DNA of 64,000 bases, from the NCBI GenBank assembly GCA_026395055.1, contig JAPLZK010000003.1, positions 278,379 through 342,378 on the forward strand, read 5' to 3'. Under the pieces are notes generated by a model that was not told the DNA's origin, ran no database searches, and saw nothing but the letters and a program-made list of their open reading frames with translations. The DNA is from Candidatus Uhrbacteria bacterium (GTDB lineage: Bacteria > Patescibacteriota > Patescibacteriia > UBA9934 > GWF2-40-263). A program made the translations under genes and the position numbers. Shown here one piece after another: positions 49,075 to 59,290 of this stretch. Within the stretch, counting starts at the first letter, position 1. Every line of letters begins with the position of its first letter.

Positions 49075-49938
49075 TTATTCAAATCTAGAACGAAGATTTC
49101 GGACGAGTGTGTAGCCCATGGATAATCTCGCTTTGAATCTATATATGGTCGTCGTCGGATCAATACGTTTCAGATAAGATCGACTCGATTGAACCGTGTT
49201 CATCCCAGGTACGGTTGAGAGAACACAGGTAAATCCAGATTGCTTTGCAAGTTCAACTAACCCTTCATTAAAATCTTTTTTTGAACCGAACGGAAAGGCA
49301 AATGTATGAATTGGACGATGAAGTCGCTTTTCCAATGCTGATTTTGATTCCATCATTTCCTGGCGAGCTTGTTCCAAATCAACCTGACTCATGCGTGGAT
49401 GTGTAACCGTATGTGCCCCAAAATGACACAAAGGGTTTTGCGCCATTTCTTCTATCTGTTTCCATGACATGGTTGATTGTTCCGGAAACATGGCATCCTG
49501 ACATTCGGCTGACATTGCACGCGTATGTTCGATAAAACCTGTTGTGATATTGAACGTTGCAGGAATTTGATAACGAACAAGAAGAGGAAATGCAACGGTA
49601 TAATTATCTTCATAGCCATCATCAAAAGAAATCGCCACGAATCGACGACCATTTTTTTTAGGCAACACATGAAATCCTTCTGTTATTGCTTGCGCAAGTA
49701 CATCGAGAGAAATGGAGTGATAGTGTTTTTGAAGATACGCCAACTGTTTTTCAAAAACAGCTGGATGAATGGTTAAATCAGGTCTGGCAACAGGATGTAC
49801 CCCAACACTGTGATACGTCAAAATGAGAACAGATTCTGCGCCACGTTCAAAAAACACTCGACTGATCCAGTCTGTAAAAACAGGAAAGGAAAGAAGATCG
49901 AAGAGAAAAGAGAGAATTCCTTTTATTTTTTTCATCAT
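49075..49938 (-). CDS. Polysaccharide deacetylase (NodB/CE4)
   Basis: LTYHSV, SFDDGY, GAHTVTH, FAFPFG. Confidence 0.9.
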   Translation of the reverse strand: MMKKIKGILSFLFDLLSFPVFTDWISRVFFERGAESVLILTYHSVGVHPVARPDLTIHPAVFEKQLAYLQKHYHSISLDVLAQAITEGFHVLPKKNGRRFVAISFDDGYEDNYTVAFPLLVRYQIPATFNITTGFIEHTRAMSAECQDAMFPEQSTMSWKQIEEMAQNPLCHFGAHTVTHPRMSQVDLEQARQEMMESKSALEKRLHRPIHTFAFPFGSKKDFNEGLVELAKQSGFTCVLSTVPGMNTVQSSRSYLKRIDPTTTIYRFKARLSMGYTLVRNLRSRFE

Positions 49939-49993
49939 AAACAAGCAAACACTATCATACCCATTTTTTTCCATGTATGATACAAACAATTCT

Positions 49994-51319
49994 ATGTTAT
50001 TTGCCAAAAAAAACCAATTTTTAAATCTTTTCCTTCTCACGATCCCCTCGCTCGTACTTTTTGGGATCAGTCTTAAGCTGACCATGCTGCTCTGGTACCC
50101 ACATGGAGTAAATGAGAAAGATCTCCTCCTCCACATTCAGCTCTTTAGTATCATTGGCCTCACATGGATCGCTCTTTATTATGGGTTTGATGTCCTAGAT
50201 TTGTACACAAATCGTAGACCAAACCAATTCATTCGCGCGCTCATTGGCGTTCACTTTATTGGACTCATCGTCGCCATCGTCTTTTTTTATCTTCAACCAA
50301 ACTTCCTCCTGACTCCTAGACGTTTTCTCTTCGTTGATTCTCTGTTTGCTCTTCTTCTCTCTATTGTCTGGCAAATCATCATTCGATCACTCACAAAAAA
50401 TAGTGCTCGCCAACATGTCTATTTAGTAAACATCGAACAAACATACAGCGAACAAAAACAAGAACTCTCAAAACAATTACCCGGCTACAACATCCATTTT
50501 ATTACGGAAAAAGATTTGTTGTCCCTCACGGAGAAAACACACAGATCTCATCAGGAACTTCTTTTTGTTGTTCCAATCAATCCTGTTTTTTCGGCACAAA
50601 CACTGGAACTCTTTGCGCACCTTCACGCACATGGCGCAACATTTGTTCAATTTGATCATTTTTACGAAACACTCTTTCGTCGTGTGCTCACAACAAATTT
50701 AAATGATTGGTGGATGCTTGAGCATATTCAAAGAGACACCATTGGACTGTATCCCATCGTAAAACGCGTTCTTGATATTTTATTTGCGTTACTCATCGCG
50801 ATTCTTTTTTTTCTCACATTCCCCTTTATCGCTCTTCTCATTAAGCTTTCTGATCAAGGAAAAATTTTCTTCACACAAACACGCCTTTCCGTAAACGGCG
50901 CCCCCTTCACCATCTACAAATACCGCACCATGCGCGCAGGCACACCAAATAACACCTGGACCGCAGACCATGACCCTCGGGTAACGTCCGTCGGACGTTT
51001 TCTGCGCACCACACGTTTAGATGAACTTCCTCAATGGATCAATATTCTTCGTGGGGACATGAGTCTTATTGGGCCACGTCCAGAACAAGCCGGCATTGTT
51101 GAACAACTCCGTGAAGAAATTCCCTACTTTGAATCACGTCATGCCATCCGCCCCGGACTCATTGGATGGGCTCAGCTTCATGTGTATGCAGGAACCGCTG
51201 CGGAATCAAAACAAAAATTGCAATATGACCTCTATTATTTGAAACATCGATCTTTTTTGTTTGATGTTGAAATTCTCCTTAAGACCATTGCACACGTTTT
51301 CTTTCTTCAAGGAAAATAG
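49994..51319 (+). CDS. Polyprenyl glycosylphosphotransferase (WcaJ/WbaP-like)
   Basis: KRVLD, YKYRTM, DPRVT.VGRFLR.TRLDELPQ, GPRPE, PGLIGWAQ. Confidence 0.93.
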   Translation: MLFAKKNQFLNLFLLTIPSLVLFGISLKLTMLLWYPHGVNEKDLLLHIQLFSIIGLTWIALYYGFDVLDLYTNRRPNQFIRALIGVHFIGLIVAIVFFYLQPNFLLTPRRFLFVDSLFALLLSIVWQIIIRSLTKNSARQHVYLVNIEQTYSEQKQELSKQLPGYNIHFITEKDLLSLTEKTHRSHQELLFVVPINPVFSAQTLELFAHLHAHGATFVQFDHFYETLFRRVLTTNLNDWWMLEHIQRDTIGLYPIVKRVLDILFALLIAILFFLTFPFIALLIKLSDQGKIFFTQTRLSVNGAPFTIYKYRTMRAGTPNNTWTADHDPRVTSVGRFLRTTRLDELPQWINILRGDMSLIGPRPEQAGIVEQLREEIPYFESRHAIRPGLIGWAQLHVYAGTAAESKQKLQYDLYYLKHRSFLFDVEILLKTIAHVFFLQGK

Positions 51320-51333
51320 AACCTTTTTTTCTT

Positions 51334-53535
51334 ATGAACGTACGCACCTCCAAAACATCCATCGTGGAGACCTGTTTTTTTACATTAATCTATACATCTT
51401 TTTTTCTTCCTTTTGTTTATTTCACAAGCGTTTGGAATCCGTTTCAAACTCCAAAGGCATTCTTTTTTTTATTCTTGGTAGAATGTATTTTTCCGTTCTA
51501 CGCCATACTCCTTGTTCAGAATCCTGAACTGCGTCCCTCACGCAAAAACATCTTTCTTATCTCCTTTGTCTGTTTCCTCCTGCTTGATACGATTGCTGCC
51601 GTCTTCGGTAAAGATCCCCTCAATAGTTTTTTTGGAAATGCCGATCGTGTCGATGGATTGATTTTATGGTGGCATCTCCCTTTCTTGTATGCTTATCTTG
51701 ATGTCGCATTTCGTTTACGAACACATGCAAAAGAAACTATTTTGAATTTATTTTTAGGTACCATGGGAGTAACGGCACTCATCGGATGTTTGCAGGCGAT
51801 TCATTTCATTCCACTTTATTCCAATCAATTCAATAACCGTGTTGCTTCCACACTCGGCAATCCTATTTTTTTTGCCGGAACAATCATCATTCCATTTTTT
51901 CTTGCCCTTGATCGATTACGATCTGCGAAAAAAATATCTTGGAAATATCTCTATGGCGTAATTACCCTCCTTTGCTTTGTGGGCATCATCGTTTCACAAA
52001 CACGCGGAGCATTCGTTGGAATCATTCTAGGAGGTATCACATTTGGTCTTTGTCTTTTTTTTCAATCAACACACAAGAAAAAACGATTATTCGGCATTCT
52101 CCTTACACTCGTTTTTATCACGAGCGCCGTATTCGTTTTTGTTGGACGAGATCATGTTCCTAGGAAATCTTCTTTGTATCGTGTGACACATTTTCAAGAC
52201 GAAAGTGCGAGCACACGTCTTGTGTATTGGGATTATGCTCTTCGTGGTTTCTTAAAAGCACCCTGGCTTGGCGTAGGTCATCAGAACTTCTTTACGGTCG
52301 CAGACACGTACTACACATCAAATGCGTTCGCAACCCAAACGGAATGGCCAGACAAACCACATAACGTATTTTTAGAAATACTCGTTACCGGAGGAATCTT
52401 TACATTTCTTTTTTACATACTCCTATTCGCGCTATCAACCAACCTTGCATGGAAATTACATGACCCCAAACAACTACTTTCCTCACCTGCACTCATCGCA
52501 GCGCTTGTTGCTTACGCCGCACAAAACATGTTCACGTTTGAAGTTGTGTCAACACTCTATGCACTTACGGTTTTATTTGCCTTCATGACCATTCATCCGT
52601 TAGATCCAATAAAAAAACAATTTCAAACACCTCCTCATCCGCTTCTCTGGATGACCGCATGCGTCCCCCTTCTTAGTTGTTTCTTGTTTCTCATCCCCAT
52701 GATACAGCAAATGTATTTCGTGGGAATCGCACACACGCAGGCAAGATCAAATTTCCCGTCTGCATTCGCAGCATTAAAACATGTTGCGGACATGCGCACG
52801 ATTTATGACCCATTCTTACTTGCAACAGAATTTGAAAATCTCCTCAGTGTCGCCATTACAATAAATCATGCACCGATAAAAACAATCGAGGAGATTCACG
52901 GGTATACGGCTTCTGCATTTACCCATGCAGTGATTCAACACCCTCTACGCACTTTTTTGCTCACGGAATCCGCAAATGCATCATTCTTTTATGCGGTTGC
53001 GACAAAGACCCCTGTTTCACAAAATGATATCGACATAGCGAAGCAGGCACACGAACGTTCGCCCGGACGCATTGAACCACTCCTCACCCTCGCAAACATC
53101 TTCCAAGTAAACAAGGATCAGGAAACAGCAAATAGCTACGCAATGCAAGCATTACAGACCAACCCAACACAAGCAAAAATACTTTGGAAACTTGCACTTT
53201 TTTACGCTCGAGCAAACGACTTTCAAACAGCGGCACCCCTTGGAATCAAGGCTCTTCAGGCAAACATGTTCACCATATACACCGCAAGCGATCTTGATTG
53301 GCTTATTTTCTATTATCAATCAAGACCAGATGTTGAATCAAAGAAATTAACCGTTTATCTTTTTGAACTCGGATGCAAAATTGAACCAAAGAATCTTCTA
53401 CTCCTCCCAGAATTAGCGACAGCATATGCAAAAAATAATCAAAAAGAAAAAGCGATTGAAACCGCCAATCTTTTAATGCAGAAAGATCCATCAACAACCA
53501 AAGCAGCAACAGCATTTATTCAATCATTGCATTGA
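51334..53535 (+). CDS. O-antigen ligase/oligosaccharyltransferase family protein with TPR tail
   Basis: About 12 TM; STLGNP, SQTRGA, PWLGVG, PHNVFLE; helical repeats at the C-terminus. Confidence 0.88.
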   Translation: MNVRTSKTSIVETCFFTLIYTSFFLPFVYFTSVWNPFQTPKAFFFLFLVECIFPFYAILLVQNPELRPSRKNIFLISFVCFLLLDTIAAVFGKDPLNSFFGNADRVDGLILWWHLPFLYAYLDVAFRLRTHAKETILNLFLGTMGVTALIGCLQAIHFIPLYSNQFNNRVASTLGNPIFFAGTIIIPFFLALDRLRSAKKISWKYLYGVITLLCFVGIIVSQTRGAFVGIILGGITFGLCLFFQSTHKKKRLFGILLTLVFITSAVFVFVGRDHVPRKSSLYRVTHFQDESASTRLVYWDYALRGFLKAPWLGVGHQNFFTVADTYYTSNAFATQTEWPDKPHNVFLEILVTGGIFTFLFYILLFALSTNLAWKLHDPKQLLSSPALIAALVAYAAQNMFTFEVVSTLYALTVLFAFMTIHPLDPIKKQFQTPPHPLLWMTACVPLLSCFLFLIPMIQQMYFVGIAHTQARSNFPSAFAALKHVADMRTIYDPFLLATEFENLLSVAITINHAPIKTIEEIHGYTASAFTHAVIQHPLRTFLLTESANASFFYAVATKTPVSQNDIDIAKQAHERSPGRIEPLLTLANIFQVNKDQETANSYAMQALQTNPTQAKILWKLALFYARANDFQTAAPLGIKALQANMFTIYTASDLDWLIFYYQSRPDVESKKLTVYLFELGCKIEPKNLLLLPELATAYAKNNQKEKAIETANLLMQKDPSTTKAATAFIQSLH

Positions 53536-54620
53536 TATAGAGCATCATAGGCTCGACATGTGGTCTCTAAAGAGAATTGTTCTTTGATAAATGTGTGAGC
53601 CGCATTTCCAAGTGATGTGGCGAGATCTGGTGCATCTATCAGTTGCTGTAAACACTCTCTCAACTGGTCTATAGAACCGATCGGAAACACAAGGCCTGTT
53701 TGATTTGTTCGCACAACCTCTTCTACCCCATCAAAATTTGAAATTACGACAGGTTTCTTGCAAGCTGCCGCTTCAAGCACCACAAGACATTGCCCTTCCC
53801 ATTTCGTCGAGATAACAACCGTATTACAACGATACAAAAACGGACGAACATCTTGTTGATCTCCCACAAAATAGGTTTGTTGATCAATACCGAGCTCTTT
53901 TGCGAGATTCTCCAGATTATTTCTCAGCTGACCATCACCCACGATAAGCAATGCACAGGACTGTGTGTGACTTGCGCATAATTGCGCAAATGCTCGCAAC
54001 ACCGTTTCAAGATCTTTTGGTGGATGCAACCGGCTTACAACCCCAATCACATAATCACTCTCCAACGGAAACCGAGAGGTTGTTTCGTGCGCAACACCAG
54101 ATTCCCAATACGCCATATCAACTCCATTTGAGATAATTTCTATTTTGTTTGCATCGATTAAACGAAGTTTTAAAATGACTTCTCGATCCTTCGGGCTCAG
54201 ACAGACCAAAACATCCGTCCATCGATGCAAAAAAGATTCGAGACGCAATAAGATGAAACGCGTTACGGGTGATCGGTGTGGCAAATGAAATCCATGTACC
54301 GTGTAAATCATTTTGGGTTTCTGTTTGAGGGTCATGAGAGCTATTCGTACCCAAGCAGCTGCGCGCGTGCCATGCGCATGAATCGCATCTGGCACCTGTT
54401 CCCGAATCGCTTTTCGGATTTCCCAAACAATTCCAATAAACTGTGTTGCTCGAATCACTTGTACAGACATTCCCTTCTGCTGGTACAAATCTAAAAATGG
54501 TCCGGCGGGAGCCATGTGCAAAAATGTGTGTTTTGATATCAAGCCAGATGAAAGATCAAAGGCAACGCGTTGCCCTCCTCCAAAACCGGACCACGAATCA
54601 ACGGTGAGAATTTTTTTCAT
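53520..54620 (-). CDS. Glycosyltransferase family 4
   Basis: GGGQR, TVHG, VSRLHPPKD, EGQCLVVLEA. Confidence 0.9.
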   Translation of the reverse strand: MKKILTVDSWSGFGGGQRVAFDLSSGLISKHTFLHMAPAGPFLDLYQQKGMSVQVIRATQFIGIVWEIRKAIREQVPDAIHAHGTRAAAWVRIALMTLKQKPKMIYTVHGFHLPHRSPVTRFILLRLESFLHRWTDVLVCLSPKDREVILKLRLIDANKIEIISNGVDMAYWESGVAHETTSRFPLESDYVIGVVSRLHPPKDLETVLRAFAQLCASHTQSCALLIVGDGQLRNNLENLAKELGIDQQTYFVGDQQDVRPFLYRCNTVVISTKWEGQCLVVLEAAACKKPVVISNFDGVEEVVRTNQTGLVFPIGSIDQLRECLQQLIDAPDLATSLGNAAHTFIKEQFSLETTCRAYDALYQCND

Positions 54621-54632
54621 ACCAACAAGACG

Positions 54633-55520
54633 TCACATCTTGAAAAAACCTTTCATGCCTCGATAGATATTTGGAAACCGTTTTTGAATAACACGCATTG
54701 GATTTTTTAATACACGCAACCAGATGACATACAAAGAACCATACCAGATCGTATGGAAATATCCGAGTCGCATGACAAAATTCTTCCGATCAAATGCCGC
54801 TTCGATGCGTCTTAAGCGAAAAACGTTGCTCAATGCATTATTCATTCCATGCATCGTCGTCATGGCCGATGTAAAGCCCAATTGACGCACACGCTCAGAA
54901 AGTTCTCGATTCACATCAAGCGCGGTTCCAAACGGATACGCAAACGTCGTGATTGGTTTTCCAAGCTGCTGTTCGAGGATCACTTTCGAACGATGTATCT
55001 CTTCCGCCGCCTGATCGATTGGAACATTTGTCAGTCTTGGATGCGACACGGTATGCGCACCAATTTGCACCAGTGGATGTTCAGCCATCTCTTGAATCTC
55101 TTTCCAAGAGAGAAACGTTTCATGATGCATATTTGCATCATCCGGACATCGCATGTTTGGATTCTCTACAAAACCCGTACTCACATAAAAGGTTGCGGGT
55201 AGGTTATATTTTTTTAAAAGTGGAAACGCAAACTGATAATTATCCTGATACCCATCATCGAACGTAATGACCACATAATGTTTTCCCGTTTTCTGTTCGA
55301 GTGCATCAAAGCCATGCACATGGGCTCGCACATACGTCTCAAGAGAGATGACATGATAATCCTTTTTGAGGATGCGTAATTGTTCTTCGAATAAATCAGG
55401 AGATATAACACGTAATCCGCCAGGAGTCGCTGATGGTGCAATGCGGTGATACAACAAAATAGATACCCGTTCATACGCAGAAGAAAGAAGTGAACGAATG
55501 GTTTTTCGAGAACGTAACAT
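54633..55520 (-). CDS. Polysaccharide deacetylase (NodB/CE4)
   Basis: LLYHRI, TFDDGY, GAHTVSH, FAYPFG. Confidence 0.9.
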   Translation of the reverse strand: MLRSRKTIRSLLSSAYERVSILLYHRIAPSATPGGLRVISPDLFEEQLRILKKDYHVISLETYVRAHVHGFDALEQKTGKHYVVITFDDGYQDNYQFAFPLLKKYNLPATFYVSTGFVENPNMRCPDDANMHHETFLSWKEIQEMAEHPLVQIGAHTVSHPRLTNVPIDQAAEEIHRSKVILEQQLGKPITTFAYPFGTALDVNRELSERVRQLGFTSAMTTMHGMNNALSNVFRLRRIEAAFDRKNFVMRLGYFHTIWYGSLYVIWLRVLKNPMRVIQKRFPNIYRGMKGFFKM

Positions 55521-55534
55521 GCAAAACACTTTCC

Positions 55535-56245
55535 CTAGTTGTGATGACGCACTTTCTTACACCAACACTCGAGTGAATTACAGAGCAAGTTCAAAACAGG
55601 AATCTTTGAAAGGATTCCATCCATTGCGTAAATGGGTTTAGAAAATAAAGAGTAAAGCCGAAAGATTCCATCAGGCAATCCATGAAATGTTTTTGGGAAC
55701 AAATTAAATTTCCAGAATTGTTTGATTCCAAATCCATTATTCTGCAAAACGAGTACCAACTCACGAGCGCTGTATTTACGTGTATGTCCTGATCCACTGA
55801 GATGAGATACAACAAACTCTGTCCACGAAGTTTTCTGTGGAAAGTGAAAAACAAAAAAATGTGCTCCGTAACGCAAGACGCGATTTAATTCAACCACGGA
55901 TTGCTGAATAAACGCCACGTGTTCTAAGACACCACACGACACGACAACATCAAAGGACTCTGTCTCGAACGGCAAACGCACAGCTTCATCGTTTGTAATG
56001 TACGTCACATGACGCAAATTAGGGAAACGCTCAAAATCAAACAAACACGTTTTATTGAATTCATAAACGGTGATGTTTTTATAACCTAGCTCAAACAGAA
56101 TATTTGCGAGCACACCGTCTAACCCTCCCCAATCTAAAATGCGCGCATCAAACGTCTGCCCAGCAGCTACAAGACTTTTGTGAATCTTCTTCGCGATGCG
56201 CATGTAATTCCTGTAGACAACGCTCGCTTCGTGTTTGTATTTCAT
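55535..56245 (-). CDS. Class I SAM-dependent methyltransferase
   Basis: ILDWGGLDG, LPFETESFDVV...VLEHV. Confidence 0.85.
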   Translation of the reverse strand: MKYKHEASVVYRNYMRIAKKIHKSLVAAGQTFDARILDWGGLDGVLANILFELGYKNITVYEFNKTCLFDFERFPNLRHVTYITNDEAVRLPFETESFDVVVSCGVLEHVAFIQQSVVELNRVLRYGAHFFVFHFPQKTSWTEFVVSHLSGSGHTRKYSARELVLVLQNNGFGIKQFWKFNLFPKTFHGLPDGIFRLYSLFSKPIYAMDGILSKIPVLNLLCNSLECWCKKVRHHN

Positions 56246-56253
56246 AAGAACGA

Positions 56254-57540
56254 TTATCGTTTTATCGCCAACATAATATCCGACACATTCATTCCCGTCA
56301 CACCCGTTTCAAGAAACGACTTTGTCTTCTGAAAAAATTCAAACGAATTATTTTTTGCAAGATATGTCTCTGGTTTTAATCGGAGCGTTTTTGTTTTTTG
56401 TTTTACGAGATCATCTACGAACGCACCGGCAACAGAAGAATGATCAATTCCATCAGACGCACACGAAAGAACGAGTGTTCCCTCCAGAACAGAAGACAAC
56501 GCCCCTAACGCAAACTCTTGATTACGCCCTCCCATTCCTGTTCCGTGAACCTGCACCGTTGTCTCTCCTGCGGCAATCAACACTTCTCCTGGCTTTACGA
56601 GTTCTGCAAACATCTTCCCCTTCTCTCGCGCTTCCCCTTGGAGATCATTAGAATACAACACAGGTTTATACCCAAGCTTTTTTGCCTCCCGCATCATCGC
56701 TGCAGTTGCAATGGCGTTTGAGATGACACACGTGTTTGAAACGTGCTCAAACAACGTTAGATCTTTCGGGGTCTCAATCAAATGACACTGCGACAATTTA
56801 CAGATCGTAAGAACTTGGTACTTTTCCAAAATACGCTTGGCATCCTTTGCGGTTGTTGTATCAAGAAACGTTGGACCGGACGCAACCATACTCAAATCAT
56901 CTCCTGGCACATCCGAAAAAATAAGACCAGCAATAGTGGCGGGGTACGCGAGTCGAACAAATTGCCCGCCTTGAATTTCTGAAATATGTTTTCGCACCGT
57001 ATTCATCTCACGAATTGTTGCTCCTTTTTGCATGAGTGCGCGCGTCATTGCTGTAACGTCATTACATTCAAGTTGGTACGGCCAACAGAGCAAGGCAGAT
57101 CCGCCACCGGAAATAATCGCAATCACAAGATCTTGTGTTCCAACGGCTTTCAACAATCCAACAATCTCACCGGTCGCACGAATATTTTCATAACTCGGAA
57201 ACGGATGCGTGCCTGCAATACTCTTCATGCGTTTCAATTTTCCTTTCTTCACATCAAGGATGATTCCATCTGTAATACGCTCTCCAAGAATCTTTTCGAG
57301 AGCGAACGCTGTTTCAAGAGACGCTTTCCCAATTCCCACAACAAAAATGCGTTTATAGGATTTTAGTTTGTATGTCTTCTCTCCAATCTTCAGAACATCC
57401 TTCTTCAGAGAGACAACGAGATTCACCGCATGTTGTGTTTCAATCGCGCGAAGTCCTGCTTCTACAATTGCTAACGCATCTCGTCGCAGATGTGTTGTTG
57501 CGAGTGCGGAATAATTTTTAAAAAGATGTTTTGACGACAT
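56254..57540 (-). CDS. Glycerate 2-kinase (DUF4147/MOFRL family)
   Basis: GIGKA, HPFP, ISGGGSAL, SDVPGDD, ASGPT, GETTV, GGRNQE, TGMNVSD. Confidence 0.93.
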   Translation of the reverse strand: MSSKHLFKNYSALATTHLRRDALAIVEAGLRAIETQHAVNLVVSLKKDVLKIGEKTYKLKSYKRIFVVGIGKASLETAFALEKILGERITDGIILDVKKGKLKRMKSIAGTHPFPSYENIRATGEIVGLLKAVGTQDLVIAIISGGGSALLCWPYQLECNDVTAMTRALMQKGATIREMNTVRKHISEIQGGQFVRLAYPATIAGLIFSDVPGDDLSMVASGPTFLDTTTAKDAKRILEKYQVLTICKLSQCHLIETPKDLTLFEHVSNTCVISNAIATAAMMREAKKLGYKPVLYSNDLQGEAREKGKMFAELVKPGEVLIAAGETTVQVHGTGMGGRNQEFALGALSSVLEGTLVLSCASDGIDHSSVAGAFVDDLVKQKTKTLRLKPETYLAKNNSFEFFQKTKSFLETGVTGMNVSDIMLAIKR

Positions 57541-57542
57541 AC

Positions 57543-58030
57543 TTATTGAACCAACGCGACTGGCACGGAGAATGTTTTTTCATTCTCAGGCAAACCAGAT
57601 GGATTATCATTTTTAAACACGAGCGTTCCTGCATTCGTTAAATGTGTCTCATCAAATTTCAGCGTTGCTTCAAACGGGACAAAATCTGCGGTCATCCAAT
57701 TTCCTTTTGCTTGTGCCGTTCCACTTGCGATGATTTCCTTTTTGCCGTTTAGAAGGACGATGGGAAACGATCCTTCAAAAAACCAAGAGCCACGCGCTTT
57801 GCCGACAATCTTGAGGGGAGATCCAATAAGCTCATTGGCTCTTGGTGATTCAATCGAGATCTCGGGTTGTGAAACGGGTGTTGGAGTGCTTCTGGCTTGG
57901 AAGTTTCTTCTGTTGCTGGCCTAAGCGTTTGCACTGTTCTTGAGAGATTCACGCGATAAACGAGTAAACCGATCAATCCAACACAACATACGACCAAAAC
58001 TGAAATCAGAACGGAGTGCTTGTAGTTCAT
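57543..58030 (-). pseudogene. Frameshifted TM + Gmad2 immunoglobulin-like protein
   Basis: 5' frame gives a TM anchor; a second frame gives SPLKIVGKARGSWFFEGSFP...WMTADFVPF...DNPSGLPEN; shift between about 57885 and 57920. Confidence 0.8.
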
Positions 58031-58066
58031 ATGCCCCTATCATACAATATCGGCGAACAATCGCCT

Positions 58067-59176
58067 ATGTCACTTCCCTTCAAAATACGTGTGATCTCAA
58101 CACTTTATCGATCGATCCTGAAACCGATCTTGTTTAAACGTGATCCGGAAAATGTCCACGATACCATGATGCGTATTGGATCCACACTTGGTCACCACCG
58201 AATCACACAATTCATCACGCACACACTTTTCTTTTTCGAACATCCTGTGCTCGAACAAACCGTTGCGGGAATTCACTTTAGAAATCCAATCGGTCTTGCG
58301 GCTGGATTTGATAAAAACGCGCAGCTCACGAATATTCTTCCAGATGTTGGATTTGGATTTGAAGAAATAGGATCCGTCACCGGTGAACCCTGTTCTGGAA
58401 ATGCACGACCAAGACTTTGGAGACTTCCGGAAGAAAAAAGTCTGCGTGTGTATTACGGATTAAAAAACGACGGAGCAGAAAATATCGCAAAGCGACTTCG
58501 TCTCTCCCGCCTTCACGAGGAGGGGGCTGGGGGGTGGTCTGTTCCCATCGGCATCAGCATCGCTAAAACAAATTGCGCTGCTACCGCCGAGACTCCTGCG
58601 GCAATTGTAGATTATGTAAAAGCTTACCTTGCATTCGAGGAGATCGGCGATTACGTCACCATCAACATCAGTTGCCCGAATGCATTTGGAGGACAACCGT
58701 TTACAGACGCTGCGCGACTCGATCAACTCTTGTCCGCGATTGATGCGGTGCGCGATGTTCGTCCGATCTTTCTCAAACTCTCTCCAGATCTTTCCGAAAC
58801 AGAATTGCACGCACTCGCCGAAGTTGCGCTTGCACATCATGTCGATGGACTCATCACAAGCAATCTTACAAAACAACACGCGCATGGAGATGGAGGATTA
58901 AGTGGCAAAGCCGTTGAAGCACAATCAATCGCGCACCTCACGTATCTACGAAAAACATTTGGAAACAAATTTATTCTCATTGCCTGTGGCGGAGTGTTCT
59001 CCGCGGAAGATGCATACAAACGTATTCGACTCGGCGCGTCACTTATTCAGCTTATCACTGGAATGATCTTCGAAGGGCCACAGCTTATTGGTGAAATCAA
59101 TCGTGGTCTTGTTGAACTTCTGAAACGAGATGGATTTGAATTCATCACGGACATAATTGGAATTGATGTGAAATAA
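58067..59176 (+). CDS. pyrD: Quinone-dependent dihydroorotate dehydrogenase
   Basis: DPENVH, NPIGLAAGFDKN, NISCPN, KLSPD, GGLSG, GASLIQL.TG. Confidence 0.95.
   Translation: MSLPFKIRVISTLYRSILKPILFKRDPENVHDTMMRIGSTLGHHRITQFITHTLFFFEHPVLEQTVAGIHFRNPIGLAAGFDKNAQLTNILPDVGFGFEEIGSVTGEPCSGNARPRLWRLPEEKSLRVYYGLKNDGAENIAKRLRLSRLHEEGAGGWSVPIGISIAKTNCAATAETPAAIVDYVKAYLAFEEIGDYVTINISCPNAFGGQPFTDAARLDQLLSAIDAVRDVRPIFLKLSPDLSETELHALAEVALAHHVDGLITSNLTKQHAHGDGGLSGKAVEAQSIAHLTYLRKTFGNKFILIACGGVFSAEDAYKRIRLGASLIQLITGMIFEGPQLIGEINRGLVELLKRDGFEFITDIIGIDVK
58503..58538. repeat. G/C palindromic repeat, in-frame within pyrD
   Basis: Reverse complement ACCACCCCCCAGCCCCCTCCT-CGTGA-AGGCGGGAGA; encodes SRLHEEGAGGW. 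Confidence 0.7.
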
Positions 59177-59290
59177 ATCGTTCTATTGCAAACAAACAAA
59201 TTTTATTCATCGAGCTTATTGAGATACGATTCGCGCACAGCTTTCGATAAGTTCAAGCAATAAAAAAACCGCTTACAAGATGTAAGTCGG

